Positions 1 to 10,702 of a stretch of 64,000 nucleotides of DNA are shown here, one piece after another. The DNA is from Trypanosoma brucei. Taxonomy: Eukaryota. The DNA lies in the NCBI GenBank assembly GCA_000002445.1, contig CM000208.1, positions 2,880,001-2,944,000 of the forward strand. Reading direction: 5' to 3'. How positions within the stretch are numbered: position 1 is the first letter of the stretch; each line of letters begins with the position of its first letter. The notes under the pieces are model-generated. The model searched no databases. It saw only the letters and a program-made list of their open reading frames with translations, and had not been told where the DNA came from. A program made the position numbers and the translations under genes.

Positions 1-3000
1 TTGTTGTTACAACCAAAGCGCTGCTTCGTCTCGGACAGCCGCGGAAGGCAGCACTTCTGTTGGAACCACTAATCGAAGAGAGGTCGAACTCCAGCTCCGT
101 ACGGCCTCCGCTCTGGACCAGTGCACTGGAGCCACTTGGTCGCCCTCTCACCGCTGGAGAAATCAGTGAGCGCACGGCGACAATGCTCGTAAGACTTAGA
201 GCATGTGACCTTCATGCACAATGCCTCAGCAAGTTTGACGGGGAGCGTGGCTATCGAGAGGTGGAGCGTGCAAGATCCTTCTTGAAAGAGTTGAAAACGT
301 GGGCGGTATCGGTAATTGCGGAAAGCGCCGTGGTGTACCCTAAGGGGGAGCAACTAATGGTGGACTCTTCCATGTACAACGGCATATTGGAATTGTTGCG
401 CGAAGCGAATGCACTACATCCATTACTTAGTATCACATGCGGCGATTCGTTGGTTAGCTTGGGAAAATGGGAAGAAGCGTTGCAAGAGTACTCTGATGCC
501 CTTTCCATCTATAGCGCCGGTAGTGAGATGGATGGTCTTTCCAACCGCCCTGGAGATGGTATCAATGAGTGTCCCTTTACAACAGATGGTGTAATGCAGA
601 TTCAGGAGACAACCCGATGGGGAAAAGACCAAGACCGCATAAAGAAATACTTTAAAATAAAGGAATCGTTAGTACTAGCGAAGCTCGCTGAGGTGTATGT
701 TGCACTAAGGAAGCCACTAACCGCCATTCATTACTACCGACAGGTGTTGGAGAACTCAACAGAGGTTGGTGACGCGCTGCTGCAATACAACGCTCGTCTT
801 CACCTCGCCCGCTTGCATACAGCTACTGGTGAAACAGATGTTGCGGCAGAGCAGTGGTCCCAGGTTAGTGAACTGGCAAAGGTGTACGACGACGAGGAAA
901 TCAGCCGTGAGACAACTCGAAACATTATTGAGGCTCAACAAACCCGCGGTGCATATGCAGATGTGATTGAGGTTGCAAGAGAACTCAACAATCTGGCATC
1001 TGCGGCGGAAGGTGAAGATGCCCTAGAGGACAGATGTTTCGCTCTCGAAGCAATTGCTGACGCTCATCTTCAACTTGGCCAATACAAGGATTGTGTTAAG
1101 CTCCTTGACGAGCGGGAGAAAGTTGAGGACAAGGGGGCTCAAAGAAAGGGTGAGCTTTTTAACATGCGTGCACGTGCCCTACTTGGCTCCGGTGCAACAC
1201 AAGAAGCGGTTAAGGTTCTGGTGAAGTGGGCGCAAGTGGCCCGGCAGCAGTCAAAGTTTGTTGAGTTGGCAAATGCTAATGCATCTCTGGCAGCTGCATA
1301 TGCCACGGCAGGCCAGATATTTAAGGCGAAGCGACATCACCAAGCTGTTCTTTCGGCGCTCGCAGAGGTGCCCGACATGACACAGGAGCAATCTGGAACC
1401 GCAATGGAATCTGCGCGTTGGCTCGTCCACCAGTTTTACCTAAATGATGAGAAGGTGCCACTCCTTGATGATACGCGCTGCGCGAGGGAAGAGAAGCGAC
1501 CAAGTGCCATGAATGATAGCTTTTTCCCCTCTTCGCAGTCTGTGAGAAGGTATGACGTTGTCTCGCCCTGTGTACTGTCCACCGCCTCCGGTGAAGGCAG
1601 CGAAGGGGAAGGTGAAGAGAACGAAGGGGACGAATATTTTGTTATGAGTGAAAGCGGTGACCTAAACGTACTCCTACAGGAAGAGGAAAAACACGCAAGG
1701 AGACGATTGAAAAATAGAAGTGCAAGCCACGATAACTGCTGTAACAGTTGTAGTAGCGGTGTTTACAGCGGAAGTAGCGAAGGTAGCAGCGAAGGAGGGA
1801 ATACCGCTATGGATGAAAGATTCTTGACCGACTGCGATAATGGCGAAGAACTACCACTGAACTGCTCGATGGTTGGCGTCGACATGGCCTCTGTGCTGCA
1901 GCAGGATGACACGGCTGTGCATACTCTTGGTGTTAGCCGCGGAAGGGATGTAACCAACGGATGCGGTAGTGATGAGGCTACAATCACAGAGAAGCCTGTC
2001 TTACCTTCATCTGACCTCTGCGGCTTGTCCCCGTCTGTGTCCCCTCCCGTTAGTAACGTCAGTGGGGATGCTGCAACCACCAATGCAACCCCAGTCCTTC
2101 GAGGCAAATTGGCTGACTTGAGGGCAAAACAAACATGTGCCTCTGTAGCTGAAACATATCACACGGACGCAGCATCTGAAGGCAGCCATTCTGGTGGAAG
2201 TCCCGTCAATATACAAGCAGGTGATGATGACGGAGCACCGACCGAGGCTCCAACCAGGGAGTTCCTAGACAGAGTGACTACGAAGTCACCTAACCCAGCA
2301 GCTGTGCACACAAAGTGCTTTCACCGAGCGCTAGAAACCATTGAGGCAGCTACTCAACTAGCGTTGATGACGGTGGCAGGGCGGCAGGGCACCATTCCCA
2401 GGAACCCTGCCGATGTTATCGACCTCGCGCTTATCTCTTTTCCACATTGCACCTTTGTGTTTTACTTCGCCGATTTCGCCACACAGCATAGCGTGATTAT
2501 TCGTCCCGCGTGCAGAAGCTTCTATCTGGAATGCCTAGTACACCCGTACACACTAAATAACTATCATTCGGGGGGTTTTCCACCACAGTCACAAAATCAA
2601 CAGGATGGGCACCGGATGATACCTGACGAAAACAACGGTGCTACTGCAGACGGCTCCGTCACATCACCAGACAGTAGCTGTAAGTGGACCTCAGGAGAAC
2701 ACGAACTTCTTCAATCCCTGCACGATCTTCATGCAGATCTTTGGGAGCCTGTGTGTTTTTTGTTGAAGAGGTCCCATTGCAGACCCGATGAGGCGGAGTG
2801 CTTGGTTTTTGTTGTTGATCCCACTTTGCTACAAGTGCCCTTTCCTGCCCTTGTCGGTCGCGGAGACAAGGAAATACCGCTGGGTCAGCAATATACTGTA
2901 CTCGTTACACCAACTGTGGTGAACTTTCTTAGGACAATGCAACATAATAAGCGACCGACGCTTTTTGGTGCTCCACAGAAGGACCGCAGTGCGTTCCTTC

Positions 3001-3719
3001 CACAGGGTGTGTCGTCGCAACCGTGGATAGCAAGTGAGACCACGCTCAAAACCAGCAGCCAGTTAGGGTCGTGTTCATTTCCGGCCCAGCCGATTCCGAC
3101 TGCGCAAGTGAGTGTGGCGTCAAGCATGGGCTCAGTTGTCACTGCCAGAAGTACCGTATCTTTGTTAGGGGAGCTGCGCGGCACATCAAACGACCATGAT
3201 ACTGAAATTGCTTCTAGAGACACTAGCAATGCTGGCACTTGGACCGTTTTCAGTGGTTGCACGCGTAAGGAGCTTGTGTCCGCTTTTGGTTCCCCCTCTT
3301 GTCGAGCTCTGATGCTGCTTTGTGACCCTGTCGGACATAAGTTTAAAGTTGCCGATGGCATGGTCGGACTTGCCGATGTTATACGCGGCAATCCATCTCT
3401 ATCGGAAACGCTGGATCTTGTAGTTATTACAAATGAGCGCTCAACGATGACTTCAGTTGAAGAGCCCGGGATAGCCGCAAGATTGTGCTTGCAGTACGGT
3501 TATCCGCGTGTCATCCGTGTGGATCTACCGCCCGGCACAGGTGTAACCACTGCACACCTGAGACTTTTACACGCGTACTACGAAAAGCTGTCCATGACCC
3601 TCGAGTGGCGCATGCGGTATCCCTACGCATTGGCACTCCGTATGGCCCAGGAAGAGGCATTGCGACTTGGTTTCCCACCCACTGTGTGCGCTTCCCTCAC
3701 GCTGATTGGAGCAGCATGA
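1..3719 (+). CDS. Large hypothetical protein, 5'-truncated by the window edge. The reading frame is open from base 3 and the ORF-track start at 60 is a TTG. It has TPR-like helical repeats at the N-terminus, an acidic Ser/Gly/Glu low-complexity tract, and ends at TGA 3717-3719.
   Basis: A single open frame of at least 1219 codons with no upstream stop back to the window start. TPR-like motifs such as ALQEYSDALSIYSA and AKLAEVYVALRKPLTAIHYYRQVL are present. An SSEGSSEG/EGEGEENEGDE acidic tract lies at about 1560-1810. Confidence 0.6.
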   Translation, partial: VVTTKALLRLGQPRKAALLLEPLIEERSNSSSVRPPLWTSALEPLGRPLTAGEISERTATMLVRLRACDLHAQCLSKFDGERGYREVERARSFLKELKTWAVSVIAESAVVYPKGEQLMVDSSMYNGILELLREANALHPLLSITCGDSLVSLGKWEEALQEYSDALSIYSAGSEMDGLSNRPGDGINECPFTTDGVMQIQETTRWGKDQDRIKKYFKIKESLVLAKLAEVYVALRKPLTAIHYYRQVLENSTEVGDALLQYNARLHLARLHTATGETDVAAEQWSQVSELAKVYDDEEISRETTRNIIEAQQTRGAYADVIEVARELNNLASAAEGEDALEDRCFALEAIADAHLQLGQYKDCVKLLDEREKVEDKGAQRKGELFNMRARALLGSGATQEAVKVLVKWAQVARQQSKFVELANANASLAAAYATAGQIFKAKRHHQAVLSALAEVPDMTQEQSGTAMESARWLVHQFYLNDEKVPLLDDTRCAREEKRPSAMNDSFFPSSQSVRRYDVVSPCVLSTASGEGSEGEGEENEGDEYFVMSESGDLNVLLQEEEKHARRRLKNRSASHDNCCNSCSSGVYSGSSEGSSEGGNTAMDERFLTDCDNGEELPLNCSMVGVDMASVLQQDDTAVHTLGVSRGRDVTNGCGSDEATITEKPVLPSSDLCGLSPSVSPPVSNVSGDAATTNATPVLRGKLADLRAKQTCASVAETYHTDAASEGSHSGGSPVNIQAGDDDGAPTEAPTREFLDRVTTKSPNPAAVHTKCFHRALETIEAATQLALMTVAGRQGTIPRNPADVIDLALISFPHCTFVFYFADFATQHSVIIRPACRSFYLECLVHPYTLNNYHSGGFPPQSQNQQDGHRMIPDENNGATADGSVTSPDSSCKWTSGEHELLQSLHDLHADLWEPVCFLLKRSHCRPDEAECLVFVVDPTLLQVPFPALVGRGDKEIPLGQQYTVLVTPTVVNFLRTMQHNKRPTLFGAPQKDRSAFLPQGVSSQPWIASETTLKTSSQLGSCSFPAQPIPTAQVSVASSMGSVVTARSTVSLLGELRGTSNDHDTEIASRDTSNAGTWTVFSGCTRKELVSAFGSPSCRALMLLCDPVGHKFKVADGMVGLADVIRGNPSLSETLDLVVITNERSTMTSVEEPGIAARLCLQYGYPRVIRVDLPPGTGVTTAHLRLLHAYYEKLSMTLEWRMRYPYALALRMAQEEALRLGFPPTVCASLTLIGAA

Positions 3720-3964
3720 CAGCTTGCCAATATTATCTCAAATTTTCAGCATAAATGTCTTTTCGTGTCCGTGTTTTGTCCTTAGCTGTGCGCTATGTGA
3801 AGGAAAGTGAATAACTAAGAAAAGAAAGTGCTAACTACTGTACAGTGATGTTCACCAAATTGCTTGCGTAGTTGGTACCGGCATACAAAGTCGTGTATGG
3901 TTAGCTTCATCTTTTTTTTATTGCAAATATATTTGTAGGCATGTGTGCCTTTGTACCATTGAAG

Positions 3965-4140
3965 CTCCTTTCCCTTCCCTTCTCTTCTCTCCCATTTCCT
4001 TTAGCTTCTCCCCTGTTGAAGTCTGCATCTTCTATTCTCCTTTTTTTTTTAAACACACGCGAACACACACACAAAAAAAACACCTTATTTCTTTTTTGTC
4101 TTTTTCCCCCTTTTAACCCCCTCCTTCCTGCATTCCATTG
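3965..4140 (+). repeat. Long CT-rich polypyrimidine low-complexity tract in the intergenic region. It includes T10 and A8 runs and a short (CA)n stretch.
   Basis: Directly visible as tttcccttcccttctcttctctcccatttcctttagcttctcccc ... cctttttttttt ... ctttttccccc. This is typical kinetoplastid intergenic polyY. Confidence 0.7.
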
Positions 4141-4661
4141 TCGGGGATCCATACCGAAGAAGCCACGGGTGCTTCTTGTAATGGGGACCAACGGAAATAT
4201 GTAGTGTGTTCGGCTCCACTAGGAGAAGCACGGGAGAATCTGTGTCCTCCGATTATTTTATTTCTCCCTTCTTTTCTATTGCTTGTTGCATCAGCTAAGG
4301 ATGATAAAATAGTCGGGTTATGGGGAAAGCGTGTAGTGAGGTGCACATACAAATGTTTGGAATAGTGTAGGAGACGATGAGGTTTGTGAAGGATGGACTG
4401 AAGTCGTGAGGGGAGCGGGCGGATCATTCAGGTGTGAAAAGGAATGAGTGAATGAGGTTCACTTGATTTTCCTCAAACATTTCCTTGACTCACCCTACGT
4501 ATGTACACACGCAGCTGCTACCGTCACCACGCAAGACATTTTTCGCTTTCCACGTTGAAATACTCATGTGCCTGCTTTTTATTTTTATCACCACTGCCAT
4601 TATATGAAGTGCTGGAGGGTCACTGACTGCATCCACGAATTCCTTTTAATTTTGAAACCTA

Positions 4662-4680
4662 GTGTGTGTGTTTGTGTGTG
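4662..4680. repeat. Imperfect (GT)n microsatellite.
   Basis: The sequence reads gtgtgtgtgtttgtgtgtg. Confidence 0.8.
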
Positions 4681-4725
4681 TTAATGTGACCTTTATCCGA
4701 CTGTGTTTACATGTTTGAGGAGCGT

Positions 4726-4810
4726 TCCTTTTTTTTTTCCACTGAATTGTACTGGCATCATCAATATTTTTTTTTGGTCTTTCTTTTTTTTTTTGTTGTT
4801 CCCCATTGGT
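4726..4810 (+). promoter_or_regulatory. Polypyrimidine tract followed by AG dinucleotides, a candidate spliced-leader trans-splice acceptor signal for the downstream gene.
   Basis: The run tccttttttttttcc ... atttttttttggtctttcttttttttttgttgttcccc is followed by AGs and the first ATG at 4870. Confidence 0.55.
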
Positions 4811-4869
4811 GTTGCTAAACTTTGAACAACTTCATTGCTGTCCATAGTTTGCTGTCACGTCGATTAAGG

Positions 4870-7221
4870 ATGTCTGCGACATCCCCGAGAAATATATATG
4901 CACCGCTCAAAGTTGAGTTCGACAGCGAGGTTGAAATCACAATTCACAGCGCCTTCTTACAAACGGCACGTTTGCTTCAATGTGACCCGATGGCGCACGT
5001 AAGCGTCTCTACGCTTCATGTGGCAACGGACACACGTCGACCGTGCGGGGGTGTTACTCAAGTTGGAGAGAGTACTAGAATAGTTAAAAACGAGCGTCCC
5101 GTTGGTTCAACGAGGCGGCTGCACTTCACCTCAAAGCCAAACTTCAGTGAAATCATACGGTTTGTGATACCTTTCACACAGTGCCGTCGGTCGACTATGA
5201 GACCAGAATCGCGGCTGCTGCTTCGTAAAACCGCTGCGGCAGTATCTACGGATGACAATCCTGATGAGCGGTTTGTTGATCATCAAGTATTGATAACAAT
5301 TACCGACGCACAAGAACAGGGATACGGTCAGGCCGTGTGTCCGTTTCTTTTGCACGTCCCTAGCAGCTCCACGGAGCCACAACGCATCATGCTACAGCCA
5401 CGCAACAAACACGACAAGCACGACCCCGTATTCAAATCTGATGTGGCTCTGCTTGCTAAGCACGGCGTTGACGATTTTGGTTTCGTGGATATATCGTGGC
5501 GAGTCAGTCTGATCCCGCACGGTGGTGCCCTTATCACTGCGTTGCAACCATCGGTAAGCGTACCTACATTTCCCATAGGACTCGTGCTGCGGGCAACGTG
5601 GCTCGTAGCTGGTAACGTCCACCAACCTCGCACACAGTACACGACGTCTGTGGAGTTTGGCGGGCAAGACCGTTTTTTGTTTGAAGGGACAAAACCGCTT
5701 TTTCTTACAATTCAAAGCGCTGCGCAGCTTGAGCGAGCCATCGTTCATTGCACTTTCCACGACACAACGACTCGTCCCCAGTCGTATGATGTGGCTGTAC
5801 CACTGCCTGTTCCCCCGATGGCCTCTTTTGCCATGGAGCGCGATGTATGGTGGACAACTCCCGTGCGAACCGCATGTGGTGTTGACTTAGGCATTCTTCT
5901 GGCATCTATACGTCTTGCACAACGACCTCTTGATGGCAGTACACCATTCTGTACCGTTGAGGGTTGTAGGGAAATTAACAACCCCATTCACCAGTCGCAG
6001 TTTGCACATGTGGCAAAGGAGTGGGGACGCGCACCACCCAATACACCGCCTGGTGCCTACTACCCATTGTTTTGGGAATCTGAGCAGCATATTGCTCGCG
6101 TGGCGGAGCGGCAGTGGCGCCATGATTGCATTGTTGGGGCACGTCCCTCTATAGAGCATGTGCGGCACCTCCTGGAGGTCCTTGCGGGTCGCATTGCCGT
6201 CGATGGCGGCGTGAATGGGGTTGCGGCAGTATACTTCAACCATGCACCGACTACAACACTACAGCAACACCAGGTAAAGCAGTTTCTTGTAACGTGTGCT
6301 TTCCACGCAAAGGAGATGACAGTGCAAGATGCAGCCCGGTTTTGCTTCTTTGCCCTTCGTCGCGACATGGAGCAGGCCATAACGAAGGAAGACGTCGTCT
6401 TCATTCTAGATCACGCACTTATCGGGAAAACAATTGATATGCCTGAGAAAGAAGTATCCCGTCGCGTTGACGACATCTTTGGCGATGGTGTGTACATCAC
6501 CTTTGACGACTTCATGCGTTATTTCATTAACAACTATGCCATGTGGTACCAGTTTGGTGTACCCATTACGACAGGTGATGAACAGGCGGCACAGGGCAGC
6601 ATGGATGTGGCCGTGGAACTCGGACCAAATGCTCAAGGGACGGCGAAGGAGGAATCTGGTGAGGAAGCTCGTGGTGGTGCCGCAGTGCCTGTCGCGCCTC
6701 GTGGAGAGGAGGCCGGGTCATCGAACTCTAATCCTCAAGATGTTGGCGTTTGGCGCAGATTTATAGCACGTGTTCAGCATAGTAACAGGGCATTTAGCGT
6801 AACAGCGCACGTGAACGACTCCATTGCAGAGGTGATGGTGATGGTGCAGAATAGTACTGGAATCCGCGCGTCCTGTCAGGAGTGGAGGATGAATGGTGTT
6901 TTGTTGGATCCAAAGGCTACGGTAGGAAGCACAAAGTTGGGGCTTAGCTCGCGGAATGATGCGTCACCGGAGGTCGTCATTATTGAACGTGATGAATCCT
7001 TGCGTCTTGTTATGTTGTACAAGGAGAAGTCAGTCCGTTGGGAGCTACGCATTCAAGAAACAGAAAAGGTGCTGCGACTCAGAGCACTGGTTCAGCAAAA
7101 AACATTGATACCCCTCTCACGTTGTGTTATGCGGGCGAATGGCCAACGCCTTCAGGACAGGCACCCACTTCAACACTATCAACTTCAAAATGGCGATGTC
7201 GTCGAGGTAATGCAAGAGTAA
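4870..7221 (+). CDS. Hypothetical protein with an EF-hand-like segment and two C-terminal ubiquitin-like (beta-grasp) domains. The ORF-track start at 4822 is a TTG; the first ATG is at 4870.
   Basis: It is a long ORF. The C-terminus (LRIQETEKVLRLRALVQQKTLIPLSRCVMRANGQRLQDRHPLQHYQLQNGDVVEV) has a ubiquitin-like pattern, preceded by a second UBL-like unit (AFSVTAHVNDSIAEVMVMVQNSTGIRASCQEWRMNGVLLD). A polyY tract lies upstream. Confidence 0.55.
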   Translation: MSATSPRNIYAPLKVEFDSEVEITIHSAFLQTARLLQCDPMAHVSVSTLHVATDTRRPCGGVTQVGESTRIVKNERPVGSTRRLHFTSKPNFSEIIRFVIPFTQCRRSTMRPESRLLLRKTAAAVSTDDNPDERFVDHQVLITITDAQEQGYGQAVCPFLLHVPSSSTEPQRIMLQPRNKHDKHDPVFKSDVALLAKHGVDDFGFVDISWRVSLIPHGGALITALQPSVSVPTFPIGLVLRATWLVAGNVHQPRTQYTTSVEFGGQDRFLFEGTKPLFLTIQSAAQLERAIVHCTFHDTTTRPQSYDVAVPLPVPPMASFAMERDVWWTTPVRTACGVDLGILLASIRLAQRPLDGSTPFCTVEGCREINNPIHQSQFAHVAKEWGRAPPNTPPGAYYPLFWESEQHIARVAERQWRHDCIVGARPSIEHVRHLLEVLAGRIAVDGGVNGVAAVYFNHAPTTTLQQHQVKQFLVTCAFHAKEMTVQDAARFCFFALRRDMEQAITKEDVVFILDHALIGKTIDMPEKEVSRRVDDIFGDGVYITFDDFMRYFINNYAMWYQFGVPITTGDEQAAQGSMDVAVELGPNAQGTAKEESGEEARGGAAVPVAPRGEEAGSSNSNPQDVGVWRRFIARVQHSNRAFSVTAHVNDSIAEVMVMVQNSTGIRASCQEWRMNGVLLDPKATVGSTKLGLSSRNDASPEVVIIERDESLRLVMLYKEKSVRWELRIQETEKVLRLRALVQQKTLIPLSRCVMRANGQRLQDRHPLQHYQLQNGDVVEVMQE

Positions 7222-7919
7222 CGTCCATATTAACATGGGAAGGAGCGTTGGCTTCAAAAAAACATTGCACGCATTTGCGTGCGCAACGTTATGCAATACA
7301 GCAAACCATAGAGAGTAACTTATAGAGAAAGGCAAAGGGATGAAAGAAAACAATACTTGATTTGTGCCTGTTGTTTAGTCTGCGCGTTCTTGTGGGATAA
7401 AGAAAGCCATAAGGAAGAAGAGCAATGATGTTGTATAGAGATATTTTTCTTTTTTTTTGCCTTTTACATTGACAGTTTGTTCCCATAGAAGGAGTCATCA
7501 TATAGAAGTGGGGTCAGCTGTGTCCGTGATAAAGCACTGATAGTAATAATAAAATCATCAGCACTGGTGCGTGCGTATTGTCTGGGACCTCGTACAGTGA
7601 AAGAATAATTGTGGAGGGGGGTGAGCATTATTCCTTCCCCCTTCCTATTCGCCGTGCATTCAGCATACCCATTTTCCGTTCCTTCCATCTCCTTCTACAT
7701 CTTTCACTCGTGGAGACAATATAGGCGCCTCGAGACAAGCTGTTTGTGTACTTCGGCAGGTATCCACAAAAAAGCAAAAGGGAAGCAAAAAAGATAGTGA
7801 GGGATTTCCAGGCTCGACGGCGTATCAGATTCTTGTGAGGAAAGGAGAGAGTTGCAAGGGGTTTCCTTCCTGTGGTTTATAGAACCTGGGGTTTGCACTT
7901 CCAGAGAGTCTGAGAGAGC

Positions 7920-10295
7920 ATGCCCGGGAGTTTGAATTCCTGTCCTAATAACCCTAACACTCAGCACTGTGTCCTTTTTTCAACAGTGTCACACTGGACG
8001 GGCCCGCAGTCACTCTACTATTGCTTCCCCCGCAGTCGCACTTTGCTGCAGATAGCACGGTTTATCTTGGATGACCCCGATCTGAGCACTCAGCTTGGCT
8101 ACGGTGCGTTGTTGGGGAGCAATCGGTCAACCGAGTTGTTGAAACAGTACATTTATTGCTCTGCGCATGTGCCGGCTGCTTCCAGCAATGAAAGATACCA
8201 CGCCGCATCGTGGTGCATAGCCTCTGTTGGCATAACCCTAATCTTGGTTGCCACGGTCTGTGACTACAAGTGGCGAGTGGGGACCAGTAGTGTCACACAC
8301 GAGGCAGATGAAACGGGAAATGAAGGGGCAAGCGAACTCAACCCACGCGCCACTCCCGCGTGTTTGCCTTTGATTAGCGCAGAGGAAGTACGTGAGGACT
8401 CTACTAAACTGCCTACTACGCCTAGCCCCGATTGCTCCCGTCAGTGTCCCCGCGCGGGTGGGCTTAGCCGATTTCACCAAATATATGGTGTGCATTCGCC
8501 ACTTCTAACACCCGAGGAGCAACTTACAGCACAGAGTGCTGTGGATAGTTCGAGCGCGTCGATACCTTCCGCACAGGAGGCTTCGGTGTTCAGTTCTTTG
8601 ACTCAGCAACGTTTGGGGTTTCAAGGGACCTCCATGAGGAGCGACGAGCAATTTTTGGGTATTAAAGCTGGTGTGGCACTGGCGTCAGTACCCACTTTAA
8701 TGCAAGAGTCTGGAGATGGAGGTAATTCTTGTGTAACAAAACTGCACGCCCTCAACGTCGAAAAGCTGAATAGGTCCCTGCAAAAGGATCCACTGAGGGG
8801 ATCGGATGCGCCTGTTTTGAGATCCGGTGTGGCGCACGTTGTGCAGTGTTTGTCGCTGGTTAGCAGTTTCCAGAAGTGGCGAGGTTACCCTGAGTCGGAA
8901 TCCGACTTGAATCTGTTTAACGGGCTCCGTGTAATCACTTTCCTTTGGGTAACGATATTCGGAACGTTTTGGTTTACCCAACAAATTAGTCCTGTGAACA
9001 GTTCTGTGGTTCCGAGTGATAGCATGCTTTACGCCTTCCTCCAGAAGAGGATTTTCTCCGCTTGCGCTATTAGCACGTTTCTTGTTATTGCTGGGTTTCT
9101 AACTCTTCATCGTCTTCACATTTATGAGGAGTGGCAAATGAAATCACCTGCCGTGCGTGCAAAGTGGTCGCGGGGCACGCGTAGGCAGTGGCTACTGAAG
9201 GGTGCTCTGTCGTATACCCGTTATGTGGTTTCTCGCTTCGTTCGTGTAATTCCAGTCGCTCTCACGGTAACGTTGCTCGTGCCAAATATTTTGCCAGCGA
9301 CTTCAAAGGGTCCGCTATGGATGGCGCTATCAAATGCACCGGCACTTCACAAAAACTGTGAAGACTACTGGTGGACGAACCTCCTGCTGATCAACAATAT
9401 GGTCCCCACCGATGGAAGTAAGTGTTGTTTTCCTTGGTCCTATTATGTGGCACTTGAGTTCCAGTTGGTCGCTACCGGACCCCTCATTTACCGGCTCGCT
9501 AGATCTTTGCACACCCGTGTATATACCGCCGGCTCAATTGCCTGCGTGATGATAGGTGTGGCCCTGCGCTACAGTGCATTTATGTCCAAGAAAGGCAAGC
9601 ACCTCGAAAAGAGTGAAGCGGCACCGTATACATTCGACGCTGGGGCGCTGTATGAGTGGCCGCACCTCATGTTCATTCCGTTTCTCGCTGGAGCCATTCT
9701 CCATCGCATTTATATCGCCGTGAAGCATCGTGCGCAGACGCTGCTTATGTTTGGCCCTGATATGTTCACGGTTATGCATCGTTGCCCTGAGAGTACCACC
9801 ACGGAGGATAGGCTAAGTTACTTCATACTGGAAAAACTGCGCCTTAGGAGCATGCGCTTTCTGATAATGTGGGGAGGTATTGGTATGATGTGTCTCTGTG
9901 TGTTTTGGGGTTGGAGCGTTCTTCACTTGTCACAAGAGACTACACAAGTGAGCGTATGCCGTGCAGCCTATGAGTCACTCATTCTCCTTTTCTGGTGCCT
10001 TGGGTTGTGCATGTTGGTTTTCCCCTTACTATTTGGGTATGGTGGAGCAACTCGACGGTTTCTTGTTCATCCCTTATGGTGTGGACTGTCGCGTCTGGTG
10101 CTGGTGGGATATCTGCTCACCCCTATCGTCATTGGCATCGTAAACGCTCACTGGGGTCCCACAAACGTGGGTGTGATGCTACTTCTTATGTTGCGGTGGC
10201 TGGGATGCACTTTTTTGACATTTTTGGCAGCGTTCGTGCTTCACATGCTGGTTGAACGGCCGTTCTTGTACATCAGTTCACAAGGAAAGTACTGA
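7920..10295 (+). CDS. Multi-pass membrane protein, tentatively acyltransferase-3 (OafA-like) family. It has a hydrophilic N-terminal region of about 300 aa.
   Basis: There are about 10 predicted hydrophobic helices in the C-terminal 480 aa. NGLRVITFLWVTIFGTFWF resembles the Acyl_transf_3 opening motif (l.GlR.ia.l.Vv). Confidence 0.45.
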   Translation: MPGSLNSCPNNPNTQHCVLFSTVSHWTGPQSLYYCFPRSRTLLQIARFILDDPDLSTQLGYGALLGSNRSTELLKQYIYCSAHVPAASSNERYHAASWCIASVGITLILVATVCDYKWRVGTSSVTHEADETGNEGASELNPRATPACLPLISAEEVREDSTKLPTTPSPDCSRQCPRAGGLSRFHQIYGVHSPLLTPEEQLTAQSAVDSSSASIPSAQEASVFSSLTQQRLGFQGTSMRSDEQFLGIKAGVALASVPTLMQESGDGGNSCVTKLHALNVEKLNRSLQKDPLRGSDAPVLRSGVAHVVQCLSLVSSFQKWRGYPESESDLNLFNGLRVITFLWVTIFGTFWFTQQISPVNSSVVPSDSMLYAFLQKRIFSACAISTFLVIAGFLTLHRLHIYEEWQMKSPAVRAKWSRGTRRQWLLKGALSYTRYVVSRFVRVIPVALTVTLLVPNILPATSKGPLWMALSNAPALHKNCEDYWWTNLLLINNMVPTDGSKCCFPWSYYVALEFQLVATGPLIYRLARSLHTRVYTAGSIACVMIGVALRYSAFMSKKGKHLEKSEAAPYTFDAGALYEWPHLMFIPFLAGAILHRIYIAVKHRAQTLLMFGPDMFTVMHRCPESTTTEDRLSYFILEKLRLRSMRFLIMWGGIGMMCLCVFWGWSVLHLSQETTQVSVCRAAYESLILLFWCLGLCMLVFPLLFGYGGATRRFLVHPLWCGLSRLVLVGYLLTPIVIGIVNAHWGPTNVGVMLLLMLRWLGCTFLTFLAAFVLHMLVERPFLYISSQGKY

Positions 10296-10702
10296 GGTGA
10301 GGAAACACCGCCGATAATACTACGTCATCATTCAGTACGATAACCGCGTTGTGAGCGGTGGTTGGGGTTAGGGGGGCAACACCATTATTAATAATGCTTT
10401 TTAACAGTAGTGCCCTACCCTGTTTGCATGTCCCTGCAATGCCGGTGGAACAGAGTCGTGGGGAGCTCTTTTGGGTGGAGTAATACAAACAGCGGTTATG
10501 GTTCTGTGCCACAAACATGACGTGGCGGCAGTGTGCGTTGGCACACAAGCAAATATGCGCCATTTTCTTCCTTCACCTACGTTTTCCCCATACTTTTTGA
10601 AACATGCGTTGCTTGCTCCAAGCATTCACAGTACCTTGGCTTCCGCTGAATAAGCCACAACTCTCGCCCTGATTACCTCCTCAAAGGTATAGGTGAAGTT
10701 TG

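Noticed and set aside
7500-7566. Possible C/D-box snoRNA-like element on the - strand: a CTGATGA box followed about 45 nt later by CTGA.
   Set aside because: No terminal stem complementarity is present. No D-prime or C-prime boxes are present. It is not part of a tandem snoRNA cluster as is usual in trypanosomes. Box hexamers are expected by chance in 64 kb.
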